DNA from: Candidatus Multivoradales bacterium | Lineage (GTDB): Bacteria; Acidobacteriota; Thermoanaerobaculia; Multivoradales; JAHEKO01 | Length of the DNA: 64,000 bases | Direction of reading: 5' to 3' | Assembly: GCA_965248055.1 (NCBI GenBank) | Contig: CBDFIJ010000004.1 | Span: 128,001 to 192,000 of the forward strand | Shown: piece after piece, positions 11,528 through 20,162 of the stretch | Position numbering within the stretch: position 1 is the first letter of the stretch | Layout of the letters: each line of letters opens with the position of its first letter | Made by a program: the position numbers and the translations under genes | Notes under the pieces: generated by a model | What the model was told of the DNA's origin: nothing | The model's input: the letters and a program-made list of their open reading frames with translations, nothing else | The model's database searches: none

Positions 11528-12003
11528 GAGTTCTTCTCGCCCTCTGAGGGGATACCCAGCAGCCCGGCTACTTTTCTTTGCACATCGATGATCAGCTGTG
11601 CCCTGTGCAATTCGTTCTCAAGCCGAGTCTTCTCCCGCTCTAGTCGAGCAACCTTGCTTTCCAACGGGTGCCTTTTGGGTTTGCGTCCACGGCTTTTGCC
11701 GAGCGCGGCAAGCGATCCCCGTCGCCGAGCTAGGCGCCAGTTAGATAGATGAGATGAGTAGAGACCCTTCCGGCGCAACAGGGACCCGACCTCCTCTCGG
11801 CTGGAGCAAGCGTCGGCCTGCTCCAAGATCGCCAGTTTGTACTTTGCCGTAAACCGCCGTCTGGCGGGTCGAGCCTCGATCTCAGGGTCGGGTACCGATT
11901 CGGGGGTCGAGGGCAACTGCGCCGTCTCCCCTCCGGATCCCTCGTCGCTACGCTCCTCGGTCGCCTTCGGCGAGACCGGCAATATGGGCTGATTCTGAAA
12001 CAT
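11524..12003 (-). CDS. IS3-family transposase OrfA (HTH)
   Basis: RRRFTAKYKL.IL...LLRR.GLYSSHL..WR plus leucine-zipper tail. GTGA overlap with orfB. Confidence 0.9.
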   Translation of the reverse strand: MFQNQPILPVSPKATEERSDEGSGGETAQLPSTPESVPDPEIEARPARRRFTAKYKLAILEQADACSSREEVGSLLRRKGLYSSHLSNWRLARRRGSLAALGKSRGRKPKRHPLESKVARLEREKTRLENELHRAQLIIDVQRKVAGLLGIPSEGEKNS

Positions 12004-12063
12004 ACTGAAACCTCCTTCCGCCCTCTAATTATCAGGGGGCCAAGTGTCTCAGCTACGTTGGCA

Positions 12064-12296
12064 GATAGGGCTCGAAGTTCCAATTCAACAATGTCGCTCG
12101 ATCCGCCATAGAAGCGACTCAACTGGATTCGGCTATAGAGGTTTGAGGGCGCCACCGCCAAGTTGGTACTGTGCCTTCGCTGGCTCTGCCTATTCTCTTC
12201 TGCAACAAGGTGCCGCAGCATATACACCGCCAATTCTTCGGGCTCAAGTGCGAGGATTGTTTCTGCCTCACTTGGTAGTCCATACGGCATATACAA
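12064..12296 (-). pseudogene. TIGR02391/Ymh-like protein, N-terminal part
   Basis: LP..E.ILALEPEELA..L N-terminus, truncated at the IS terminal repeat. Confidence 0.8.
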
Positions 12297-12326
12297 ACCG
12301 TAACACCCAGTGCGTCTTAATTCACC

Positions 12327-13061
12327 CTAGGTTCGCACTTTCCGATAGGGGGTGTTGCGCTGGGCCTTGAACCTCGTAACGAGTTGATAGAGGGGGCGAT
12401 TCACCTCATCCAATAGGGCTAAGTTGCCCTGCAGCAAGCCCGGCTCATTGTGTTCGTCCGCAATTGTCTGCAGCACTTGGTATGCGGCGGCGTCCGCGAA
12501 GTAGAACCGGGTTGACTCCATTGAGCTGGCGCTTGATTCGTATGGCGGACCAGCCGTCGTCTCTTCGACGAAGCGGGCTTTGTACCCGATCCCGATTTTC
12601 TTGGCGTCGTAGTGGAACGAGATTTTATTTCGGGCTAGGAGCAGCGCCTTGCCTATACCGCCGACGGCTCTTCGATTATGCGCAACCTCAAGCAGGGACT
12701 CCCACGCGTTGCGAGCCTTCTTGTCAATACGCTTGTGCAAGGCCTGGAACGCTGTGTGCTCAATCGCCTTCTTATTCTCCTCCAGTAAGACGAGCAGTTC
12801 GTTGAGCTGGCCCCAGCTCACCCTGAGCCAGGCTATTCCCAGCCCACTCCAATTGCCATATGTGGGTGTGTCTTCCTGAGGAGGTTCCATATCAATCAAC
12901 AGCCTGCGAGTTAGCGTTAGGTCCCGGAGGTCGTTGTAGGCAACCGCGAGAGCGAGCACAAAGTTGCAGACTTCTTGGGGGCATTTATCGTCACCGACGA
13001 ACAGAGCAGGATCGAAGGTAGTCAACGGACCTAGTTTCTGAACCTCTGTGTCATACGACAT
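12327..13061 (-). CDS. Hypothetical all-alpha protein with HEPN-like RxxxxH motif (RNKISFH)
   Basis: Intact ORF with GGAGGT RBS. The motif is visible in the translation; the family call is inference. Confidence 0.6.
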   Translation of the reverse strand: MSYDTEVQKLGPLTTFDPALFVGDDKCPQEVCNFVLALAVAYNDLRDLTLTRRLLIDMEPPQEDTPTYGNWSGLGIAWLRVSWGQLNELLVLLEENKKAIEHTAFQALHKRIDKKARNAWESLLEVAHNRRAVGGIGKALLLARNKISFHYDAKKIGIGYKARFVEETTAGPPYESSASSMESTRFYFADAAAYQVLQTIADEHNEPGLLQGNLALLDEVNRPLYQLVTRFKAQRNTPYRKVRT

Positions 13062-13420
13062 CGAGCAGACCTCCACTTTGGGATTGACTACTAATTGTAG
13101 CAGCTACGCAGGAGCATCAACCGCTGCCGCTGAGTCTCGCGCTTCTTCGCGCATAGTATCCACCACCTCTAGCGCTGAACTGTCCTTCTGGCTTTCTTGC
13201 CAGAGATCAAAAGCGCGCATGAATGCCTTTGTAGGTGCCTTGCGGTCACCCTTCAATCTCAGCCACCCAAGGAACAAAGCCACGGTATACGCAGTGGGGG
13301 TCCGGTGTAAAAACTGATCTTTGAAGCACGTTACTAGGCACCGGGTCTAGCTCCCATCTACCTTCGCCGAACCCTTGAATCACCGCTCCGATTGTCTCCA
13401 TGTCCAACTTGGCGTCGTGC

Positions 13421-13750
13421 TTAGGCTGCTACTGGAAACCAAGCGTCTATCTGCACTTTCCAGGGGTCTATGCCCGTTGGGGGCACCATCGCTCGCAACG
13501 ATCCAGGCACCACACCAGATATAAGCTTTTCCACTGTCCCTGTAGCCTGGAACCTGAACCCTCGGCGACCGTCTCGGTCCTCGGGAGCGAAGGTTATTTT
13601 CTCAGATAGTAGCTTCTGAACAACTTGCCGTGCTTGTGGTACTTGGCGACCTAAGACGCCACGCCATTGCTCGACTGCAGCATTGATCTTTGTTTCCATG
13701 GCGCCGTCAACTGTGATGGTTGGTGAGTTCAGCGAATCTAGTTGCCCCTA
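13421..13750 (-). pseudogene. C-terminal fragment of a large serine recombinase/integrase
   Basis: W..VL......AR.V...LL..KI.F.P tail ending in MVPPTG.DP, which is an antisense tRNA-like end. In-frame stop upstream; no catalytic domain. Confidence 0.55.
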
Positions 13751-13879
13751 CCGGGCATATGTTGGCGGCTAGGTAGTCCTTTGCTGCATCCAGGAACAGC
13801 TCCCCAGAGGTAACCGCGGGATGGAGTAGTAAGTAGCCGCCTTGGGCGGGGTCGCGGTCGGCCATTTCGGACCAACTAC

Positions 13880-14101
13880 CTACGATGATGGAGGTACCGC
13901 GTTGTGAGTGTCGAAGTCCTGCGAAATGGGCGCTATGTCTACCGCAAGTACATCTCCCGCTCCAAGAAAGATGCTCCAGCCTCCCTCAAAAGCGTCCCAT
14001 TGCAGCAGAATCCGATGCTTGAACTCGCCATCCACGCCCCAAGGCAATCCGCCCAGTTTCTTCCCGAGCCCCACAGGCACTTTCCGGACTTTGGCCTGGA
14101 T
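13880..14101 (-). pseudogene. Hypothetical lipoprotein, C-terminal part, split by IS3 copy B
   Basis: Joins in frame with 16633-17118 across a GAT target duplication. Confidence 0.8.
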
Positions 14102-14139
14102 TGAAGCTGCCCCGTTTTGGTGGACACATAGTTTAGCTC

Positions 14140-15039
14140 TCATTGAGCGAGAGCGGTTTGGTTAGCGACCGTTGCCAAAGCAGCGAGTCGGTCTTCATAG
14201 GCGACAGGACTCAAGCCTCCGAGGCTTGAGTGGCGTCGCTTGCGGTTGTAGAAAATTTCGATGTAATCGAAGAGGTCTCTTTGAGCTTGTCGACGACTGG
14301 TATAGCGCACATGATGCACCCGCTCGGTCTTCAAGCTGGCAAAGAAGCTCTCCATCGGTGCGTTGTCCCAGCAGTTGCCTTTACGGCTCATACTCACCGT
14401 GATGCGGGCATCTTCGAGTTTCTTGCGATAGTCAGACGCTGCGTACTGACTACCGCGATCAGAGTGGTGCAGGAGCCTGCCAGGATCTGGCCGGCGCTCA
14501 TAGAGAGCGCTCTCCAGGGCCCGTAGAGTCAAATCCTGAGTCAGACGAGTACTGGTCGAAAAACCAACAATACGCCGGGACCCAAGGTCCATGATCGCTG
14601 CCAAGTACAGCCAGCCTTCAGTGGTGGGAATGTAGGTTATATCGCTCAACCACACATGATTGGGATCTTCGACCTCGAAACGGCGGTCCAATACATTCGC
14701 AGCCACCGGATGCTTATGTTTCGACTGCGTCGTTACCCGAAACTGCTTGGCCCGTATTGAGCGAATGCCGTGATTGTGCATTAACCGAGTCACACGCTTG
14801 CGGCTGTGGCAAAACCCCTGGTCTCGCAACTCACCATGGATTCTAGGGCTCCCATACGTCCGCCGACTCTCGGAGTTAATCATACGAATCTGAGTCAGAA
14901 GTCGGCGATCTTCTCGGCCACGTCGGCACTCTGGGCGACGCACCCAAGCGTAATAGCCGCTGCGTGACACCTCCAGCACACGACACATGACGAGTACAGA
15001 ATACTCGCGCCGATGACGGCGAATGAAATCGAATCTCAT
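14140..15039 (-). CDS. IS3-family transposase OrfB
   Basis: YGSPRI, WLSDITYI.T.EGWLYLA, HHSDRGSQY, KGNCWDNAPMESFFASLK. Confidence 0.96.
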   Translation of the reverse strand: MRFDFIRRHRREYSVLVMCRVLEVSRSGYYAWVRRPECRRGREDRRLLTQIRMINSESRRTYGSPRIHGELRDQGFCHSRKRVTRLMHNHGIRSIRAKQFRVTTQSKHKHPVAANVLDRRFEVEDPNHVWLSDITYIPTTEGWLYLAAIMDLGSRRIVGFSTSTRLTQDLTLRALESALYERRPDPGRLLHHSDRGSQYAASDYRKKLEDARITVSMSRKGNCWDNAPMESFFASLKTERVHHVRYTSRRQAQRDLFDYIEIFYNRKRRHSSLGGLSPVAYEDRLAALATVANQTALAQ

Positions 15040-15332
15040 CGTCGTCGATCCGAGAAGATCGCCACCGCTTTTTTTAGGATCGCGTGTTCCTCTCTCATCA
15101 TCCCCAGCTCGCGGCGAAGACGACGTAGCTCCTCTTCCTCTGGCTTTAAACGCCCCTCGCCGGGAAACGCTTGGTCTGGGTCATCCAAGTACTGCTGCTT
15201 CCACCTACCCAGAAGATTCGGCCGGATGCCTAGATCTCGAGCCACTGACGACATCGGCAGATCGCTTTCCAGAGCCTGATGTACTGCTTCTCGTTTGAAC
15301 TCTTTGCTAAATCGACGACGAACTACTGACAT
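15036..15332 (-). CDS. IS3-family transposase OrfA
   Basis: RRRFSKEFKREAV...VARDLGI...L.RW...ILKKA. ATGA overlap with orfB. Confidence 0.93.
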   Translation of the reverse strand: MSVVRRRFSKEFKREAVHQALESDLPMSSVARDLGIRPNLLGRWKQQYLDDPDQAFPGEGRLKPEEEELRRLRRELGMMREEHAILKKAVAIFSDRRR

Positions 15333-15383
15333 GAACACCTCCTTAGATCCAATGATCCTATTCTTAGTGTCCACTAAAACGGG

Positions 15384-16620
15384 GGTGGTCTCAAACGATC
15401 ATCGCAACACTTGGAGAATTCTTTGATAGAGATTCTCAGGAGGTGTTGGGATGGTAAAGAGACGAATCCGAGGCATGCGGCTTACCCGTGGAGAGCGATT
15501 GGAGGTACGGTCCCTAGTGGGCAAGGGCAGCAGCTTCGAAGAAGCTGCTGCCACAGCCAGATGCTCAACAAAGACCGTCCAGAGGCTGTTGAATTCATCA
15601 GGAGGCCTACCAGCGCGAGAGACAAGTCGCTCAGAGCTACGGTTGTCGTTAGCCGAACGCGAGGAGATCTCTCGCCATCTAAGTGGAGGCGCTTCGTATC
15701 GAGTGATCGCCCGCCATCTCAAGCGAGCGCCGTCGACGATCTCACGTGAGGTCAATGCCAATGGAGGTCGCCGACGTTATCGGGCTGTTCGGGCTGACGA
15801 GGCGGCCTACAGGAGAGCCAGGAGACCTAAGATCTCGAAGCTGAGACGATGTCCAGGGCTCCGTGTTCAAGTTGAAGCGATGCTGAACAAGCTTTGGTCT
15901 CCTGAGCAGATCAGTGCGAGACTAATGGTCGAGAACCCAAACGACTCCGAGCTACGCGTGTCACATGAAACGATCTACCAGTCTCTGTTTGTTCAATCGC
16001 GGGGAGCGTTGCGAAAAGAACTCTCGGCTTGCCTCCGTTCGAAACGCACCCGCCGCAAACCTCATGGACGCAAAGATCCTGGCGGGTACATCAAGGGCAT
16101 GGTCCTCATTTCAGACCGCCCTGCTGAGATCGAAGATCGCGCTGTTCCTGGGCATTGGGAAGGCGATCTCATTATTGGAGCGCTTGGGCAATCGGCGATT
16201 GCCACCCTGGTCGAACGTCAAACTAGATATGTCATGTTGCTCTCTGTCGGCCGAAATAGGACCAGCCAACATGTCTGTTCGTTGCTAGCAAAGAAGATCA
16301 AGACGCTGCCTAGACATCTCGCAGTCTCCTTGACCTGGGATCGCGGGAAAGAGCTTGCTGCCCATCTCAAGTTCACCATCGACACGGGAGTCCAAGTCTA
16401 CTTCTGTGATCCACATAGCCCATGGCAGCGAGGAAGCAACGAGAATACCAACGGGTTACTGCGCCAGTACTTCCCAAAGGGAACCGACCTCGAGGTCCAC
16501 AGCCAGGGCCATCTCGACCATGTTGCTCATATGCTTAATGATCGACCTCGAAAAACGCTCGGATGGATGAAACCGACCGAAAAATTGGCTGAACTGTTGC
16601 GATGACCGAATGAGACCACC
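15384..16620 (+). mobile_element. IS30-family insertion sequence (1237 bp)
   Basis: 27-bp IRs GGTGGTCTCAAACGATCATCGCAACAC and GGTGGTCTCATTCGGTCATCGCAACAG, flanked by a GG(G) duplication. Confidence 0.94.
15451..16605 (+). CDS. IS30-family transposase
   Basis: R.PSTISREV, WSPEQIS, SHETIY, GHWEGD, TWDRGKE, PWQRGSNENTNGLLRQYFPK. Confidence 0.97.
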   Translation: MVKRRIRGMRLTRGERLEVRSLVGKGSSFEEAAATARCSTKTVQRLLNSSGGLPARETSRSELRLSLAEREEISRHLSGGASYRVIARHLKRAPSTISREVNANGGRRRYRAVRADEAAYRRARRPKISKLRRCPGLRVQVEAMLNKLWSPEQISARLMVENPNDSELRVSHETIYQSLFVQSRGALRKELSACLRSKRTRRKPHGRKDPGGYIKGMVLISDRPAEIEDRAVPGHWEGDLIIGALGQSAIATLVERQTRYVMLLSVGRNRTSQHVCSLLAKKIKTLPRHLAVSLTWDRGKELAAHLKFTIDTGVQVYFCDPHSPWQRGSNENTNGLLRQYFPKGTDLEVHSQGHLDHVAHMLNDRPRKTLGWMKPTEKLAELLR

Positions 16621-16632
16621 GGGTCAACTCCA

Positions 16633-17118
16633 GATTACCCGGTAGCGATCCACGCCAACCACAACCTCCTGGTCTGATACGACCTCCTCCAACGTTTCGC
16701 GATAACAATCGCCAACGAGGATCCCGTCCCGTATCTCTGCTAGCTTGAGTCCTGTCGCAGTTGCTTCGATAGTAACCGTCTTCAACCCTCCATGTTGAGT
16801 TCGTGCAAACCAATCTTCCCAAGAGAATTGTTTATCTGAGGAGAGAACGTCCTCAACCACAACCTCAACAAGTCCCGCCGTTTCCCACAGCGGCACTATC
16901 TCCTGAAAAGCGGTCAAAGACATCTTACCCTTGCCCATCGAGAGGTGCCGCGTTTCTGTAACACTGATGTCATCCCCTACTGGCACAAGACATTGTCGGG
17001 GCTTGGTCCCCAGCCAAAGATCCGTCACAAGTTCACTCGCTTCACTCCCTCGTCCACTGCACCCCATCAACCCGATCCAACAGGCGGCAACAAGAAAAAC
17101 AGCGGCTCTTTGGTGCAT
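16633..17118 (-). pseudogene. Hypothetical lipoprotein, N-terminal part
   Basis: Signal peptide with lipobox LMGC, truncated at the IS3 end. Confidence 0.75.
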
Positions 17119-17347
17119 CAACAACTCCCTGGTCCATCCCTGAGCGTGAGCCCCCGCCACATGCGCTCGGTTAACGATCCCCAGAATCTAACAGAGGGCT
17201 ATGGGTTTGTGGAAATGTGGTGACAGAGGGTCACTAATTCAATGGCTAACTGGAAATTATCTTGCAAGAGTCTTGCAAGTCTAACTTCGGAGGTTTTTCA
17301 GCTTGCGGCTGTTGTGCCGTAAGTGTCTGTAGTTATTGAGTTTGTAA

Positions 17348-17424
17348 TGGTCGGGACGCGGGGATTTGAACCCCGGACCACCTGACCCCCAGTCAGGTAC
17401 GCTACCAGACTGCGCCACGTCCCG
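17348..17424 (-). tRNA. tRNA-Pro(GGG)
   Basis: CGGGACG acceptor stem, anticodon arm CCTGA-CTGGGGG-TCAGG, GGTTCAAATCC T-arm, encoded CCA. Confidence 0.97.
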
Positions 17425-17535
17425 ATTCTTATCTATTAGGAGCCTAGGCTCCCGAGCGGGTGACTGTACCGTTTGCTCTCTTGGCTGGCAAGACGGCCCG
17501 CGCCATGCAACTACTCTTGAACTACCCGCGGCCTA

Positions 17536-18243
17536 CTACCCCTTGCGGAGTTGCTTCAACAGCCCCTGTGCTTCCCCTAGGATCGCCCCCAGTTCCTCGA
17601 GGTTAACCGTCGATTGCTCGGTCGATTCTTCGGCTGACAGCTCAGCTGACTGTTCGGCCGCAACTAGGGCGTCATCAGCGCTATCTCCATCGGGGCTATC
17701 TTCAACGGGGCTGTCTTCAGCGCCTGCATGGCTTTCTTCAGTCGAATCTTCCTCTGCAGCACTGTCTCTTACAGTACTGCCCTCTGCGACACTGCCCTCT
17801 TCGACCGGTTCATCATCTTCAACGACAAGATCCTGAGCGGAATCCGCTGCCGTTGCTTCTTCATCGGGTTCGTCCTCGACCAGCGGTTCGGGATCCGCCT
17901 CGGGCGCCTCGACCTCCTGCTCTTCAACCTCTTCCCCGCTGTCGCCAGCGCTCGAAGCATCCACCGCCTCTACTACATCGTCTTGGGCTACCTGCAGGGT
18001 GCCTTCCACCAGTTCTGCCTGCAGTTTCTTTTTCGCTCCGACCAGGGTGAACCCTTCACTGTAGAGCAGCTCTTTGATCCGGCGGATGACCGCCAGGTGG
18101 TCTTCGCTGTAGGTTCGTTGCCCACTGGTTTCCTCATCGTTGGCCAAGGCTGGAAATTCGGTTTCCCAGTAGCGCAACACGTAGGGTTGTACATCCAGCA
18201 GGCGGCAGACTTCCCCGAAGCGATGCTGTTTCTTTTTTGCCAT
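17536..18243 (-). CDS. MerR-family transcriptional regulator with long acidic tail
   Basis: GEV..L.DV.PYVLRYWETEFP...G.R.Y...I..LLY.EGFT..GA. Typical position upstream of tRNA-Pro(GGG). Confidence 0.88.
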   Translation of the reverse strand: MAKKKQHRFGEVCRLLDVQPYVLRYWETEFPALANDEETSGQRTYSEDHLAVIRRIKELLYSEGFTLVGAKKKLQAELVEGTLQVAQDDVVEAVDASSAGDSGEEVEEQEVEAPEADPEPLVEDEPDEEATAADSAQDLVVEDDEPVEEGSVAEGSTVRDSAAEEDSTEESHAGAEDSPVEDSPDGDSADDALVAAEQSAELSAEESTEQSTVNLEELGAILGEAQGLLKQLRKG

Positions 18244-18357
18244 GTTCTCTCTGGTCAGGCCCGACTATGCGGACATTGCAATCTAGATTTTCGAAGCACG
18301 CTCTGGCTCCCTGGTGGCAGACAAGCCGCGAATGAACCAGCTAATTATACGATGTAA

Positions 18358-19665
18358 CTACTGGTCACGCTTGCGCCGGATGACTAAGCGAATCGGCACA
18401 CCGGGGAGCGCCAGTTCACTACGAACGAAGTTCTCCAGATAGCGTCGATAGGACGCCGCCCGGGGCAACGAACGGTTGGCAAACAACATGAATGTCGGCG
18501 GCCCGGTCTTGACCTGGGTGGCGTAGTACACCCGCCAGGGCTTATCGCCGATGGCCGGCGGATGATGACGCTCTAGGGCTTTCTCAAACATGCTGTTGAC
18601 TTGCGAGGTGGACAACTGGGTTTTGGAGGCTTCCCCAGCACGCACCACCGCCGGAAAAAGCTTGTCGATGCTGCGCCCGGTGAGTGCTGAAAGATTAACC
18701 CGCTCCGGGCCACTCAGGATCTCATCCAGCCGGGGATAGGACTCGTCGACCCTTTCCCTAACTTCACCAGAGACCAAGTCCCACTTGTTGACCGCGACCA
18801 CCGCGGACTTACCCTTCTCCCAAATCGCCCCGGCGATCCCGAGATCTCCCGAGACCACACCTTGAGCGCCGTCGACCACCAAGATCGCCACCTCACACTG
18901 TTCAATTTGGCGTCGCGCCATCATCACCGCTAAACCTTCTGGAGCATCGGAGACTTGGCTGCGCCGACGGATGCCAGCGGTATCCACCAGCCGATAATCC
19001 TTGTCCTCAAACTGAAAATGAGTATCGATCGGATCGCGTGTGGTCCCGGCTTGCGGCGACACCAGCACACGCTCTGACCCAACCAGCTGGTTGACGATGG
19101 ATGATTTGCCGACATTGGGGCGTCCGACCACCGCGATCGGGACGCCGACCGCAGCTCCGTCCGACTCGCTGGTCCCGGGAAGCACCGAAGCGATCAAGTC
19201 GCCCAGGTCGCCAGTACCGGTTCCATGTTCAGCGGAAATCTCGACGCTGTCGGCAATGCCCAGCCTGGCAAACTCGACCGCGTTCTGTTGTGTGATCTTG
19301 GCGTCGGCCTTGTTGATCGCCAGTACCGCGGGCCGGTTGCTGCGACGAATTTCGTGCCACACCGTCTGATCGGCAATGGTCAGACCTTCTTTACCGTCCA
19401 CCACCAAGACCACTAGGTCCGACTCTTCAATCGCCAGTCGTACTTGGTCGTTCATACCCAGGACGTCGTGGCCAAGAATCAGACCGCCGGTGTCAATCAG
19501 GGTGATCTCTCGAAAGCCGACTTCGGTATCGGCGACGATGCGGTCACGGGTCACTCCGGGCTGGTTGTGGACGATCGACTGCCGCCGACCCACGAGGCGG
19601 TTAAAGAGTGTGGACTTACCCACGTTGGGACGGCCGACGATGGCCACCACTGGAGTCGAAGACAT
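18358..19665 (-). CDS. der: Ribosome biogenesis GTPase Der (EngA)
   Basis: Two GRPNVGKS P-loops, DTGG/DTAG, NKxD, KH-like C-terminus. Confidence 0.97.
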   Translation of the reverse strand: MSSTPVVAIVGRPNVGKSTLFNRLVGRRQSIVHNQPGVTRDRIVADTEVGFREITLIDTGGLILGHDVLGMNDQVRLAIEESDLVVLVVDGKEGLTIADQTVWHEIRRSNRPAVLAINKADAKITQQNAVEFARLGIADSVEISAEHGTGTGDLGDLIASVLPGTSESDGAAVGVPIAVVGRPNVGKSSIVNQLVGSERVLVSPQAGTTRDPIDTHFQFEDKDYRLVDTAGIRRRSQVSDAPEGLAVMMARRQIEQCEVAILVVDGAQGVVSGDLGIAGAIWEKGKSAVVAVNKWDLVSGEVRERVDESYPRLDEILSGPERVNLSALTGRSIDKLFPAVVRAGEASKTQLSTSQVNSMFEKALERHHPPAIGDKPWRVYYATQVKTGPPTFMLFANRSLPRAASYRRYLENFVRSELALPGVPIRLVIRRKRDQ

Positions 19666-19678
19666 GCTGCGGTCTCAG

Positions 19679-20155
19679 TTAGGTGTCTTGGCGCTGGCGA
19701 TACAACACCAGCCAACCGTTTTCCCCACGCTTCAGTTGATAACGTACGCGATCCTGGCGCTCTTCGGAGGAAAGCTCGTGCTGACCACCACCTGAGTACA
19801 ACTTAACGGTCCACGATTCTAGGGTCGTCACGTAAGCATTGGCGTGGCCCCAACTGGTGACGTCCTCGATGGTTAGGCCGTGGAACGTAGCGTGGATCTC
19901 CCGGCCCCCTTGGCGCACCTCCCGCACCCATTTCTCCACCACCGACATCTCCTTTTCTGCTGCCAATCCGTAGAGTGGGTAGGAGGTTCCGGTAGCGTAC
20001 GCCTCTGCCAGTTTTGGTAGGTACGCCTCGAGTGTGGATTGAATCTCCTGCCGCTCGGCCGCTGCTTTAACTTCCGGGTCTCCGCAAGCAGCCATCACCA
20101 ACAAGCCCCCGAGGAGTCCCAACCAAAGGTCTCTGCGCATGGTGTTTTTCATCAT
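19679..20155 (-). CDS. Hypothetical lipoprotein
   Basis: Signal peptide with MAAC lipobox. Tightly packed between rnr and der. Confidence 0.7.
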   Translation of the reverse strand: MMKNTMRRDLWLGLLGGLLVMAACGDPEVKAAAERQEIQSTLEAYLPKLAEAYATGTSYPLYGLAAEKEMSVVEKWVREVRQGGREIHATFHGLTIEDVTSWGHANAYVTTLESWTVKLYSGGGQHELSSEERQDRVRYQLKRGENGWLVLYRQRQDT

Positions 20156-20162
20156 CGTCAGT

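Larger units (their letters stand above)
10481..12063 (-). mobile_element. IS3-family insertion sequence (copy A, 1583 bp)
   Basis: Imperfect terminal IRs TGTCAACAACTTTGAGACAGTTGGC and TGCCAACGTAGCTGAGACACTTGGC, TG...CA ends, overlapping orfA/orfB. Confidence 0.93.
14102..16632 (-). mobile_element. IS3-family insertion sequence (copy B) with an IS30 inside one terminal IR
   Basis: IR TGAAGCTGCCCCGTTTTGGTGGACAC at 14102. The partner IR TGGAGTTGACCC(C)GTTTTAGTGGACAC is rebuilt after removing the IS30. GAT duplication at 14099-14101 and 16633-16635. A7G slippery site at 15068-15075. Confidence 0.93.

Noticed and set aside
11730-12296. 188-aa ORF as an intact gene
   Set aside because: It is a chimera of the TIGR02391 N-terminus reading through into IS sequence at 12063.
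17366-17836. 156-aa plus-strand ORF
   Set aside because: It is antisense to tRNA-Pro and the MerR gene.
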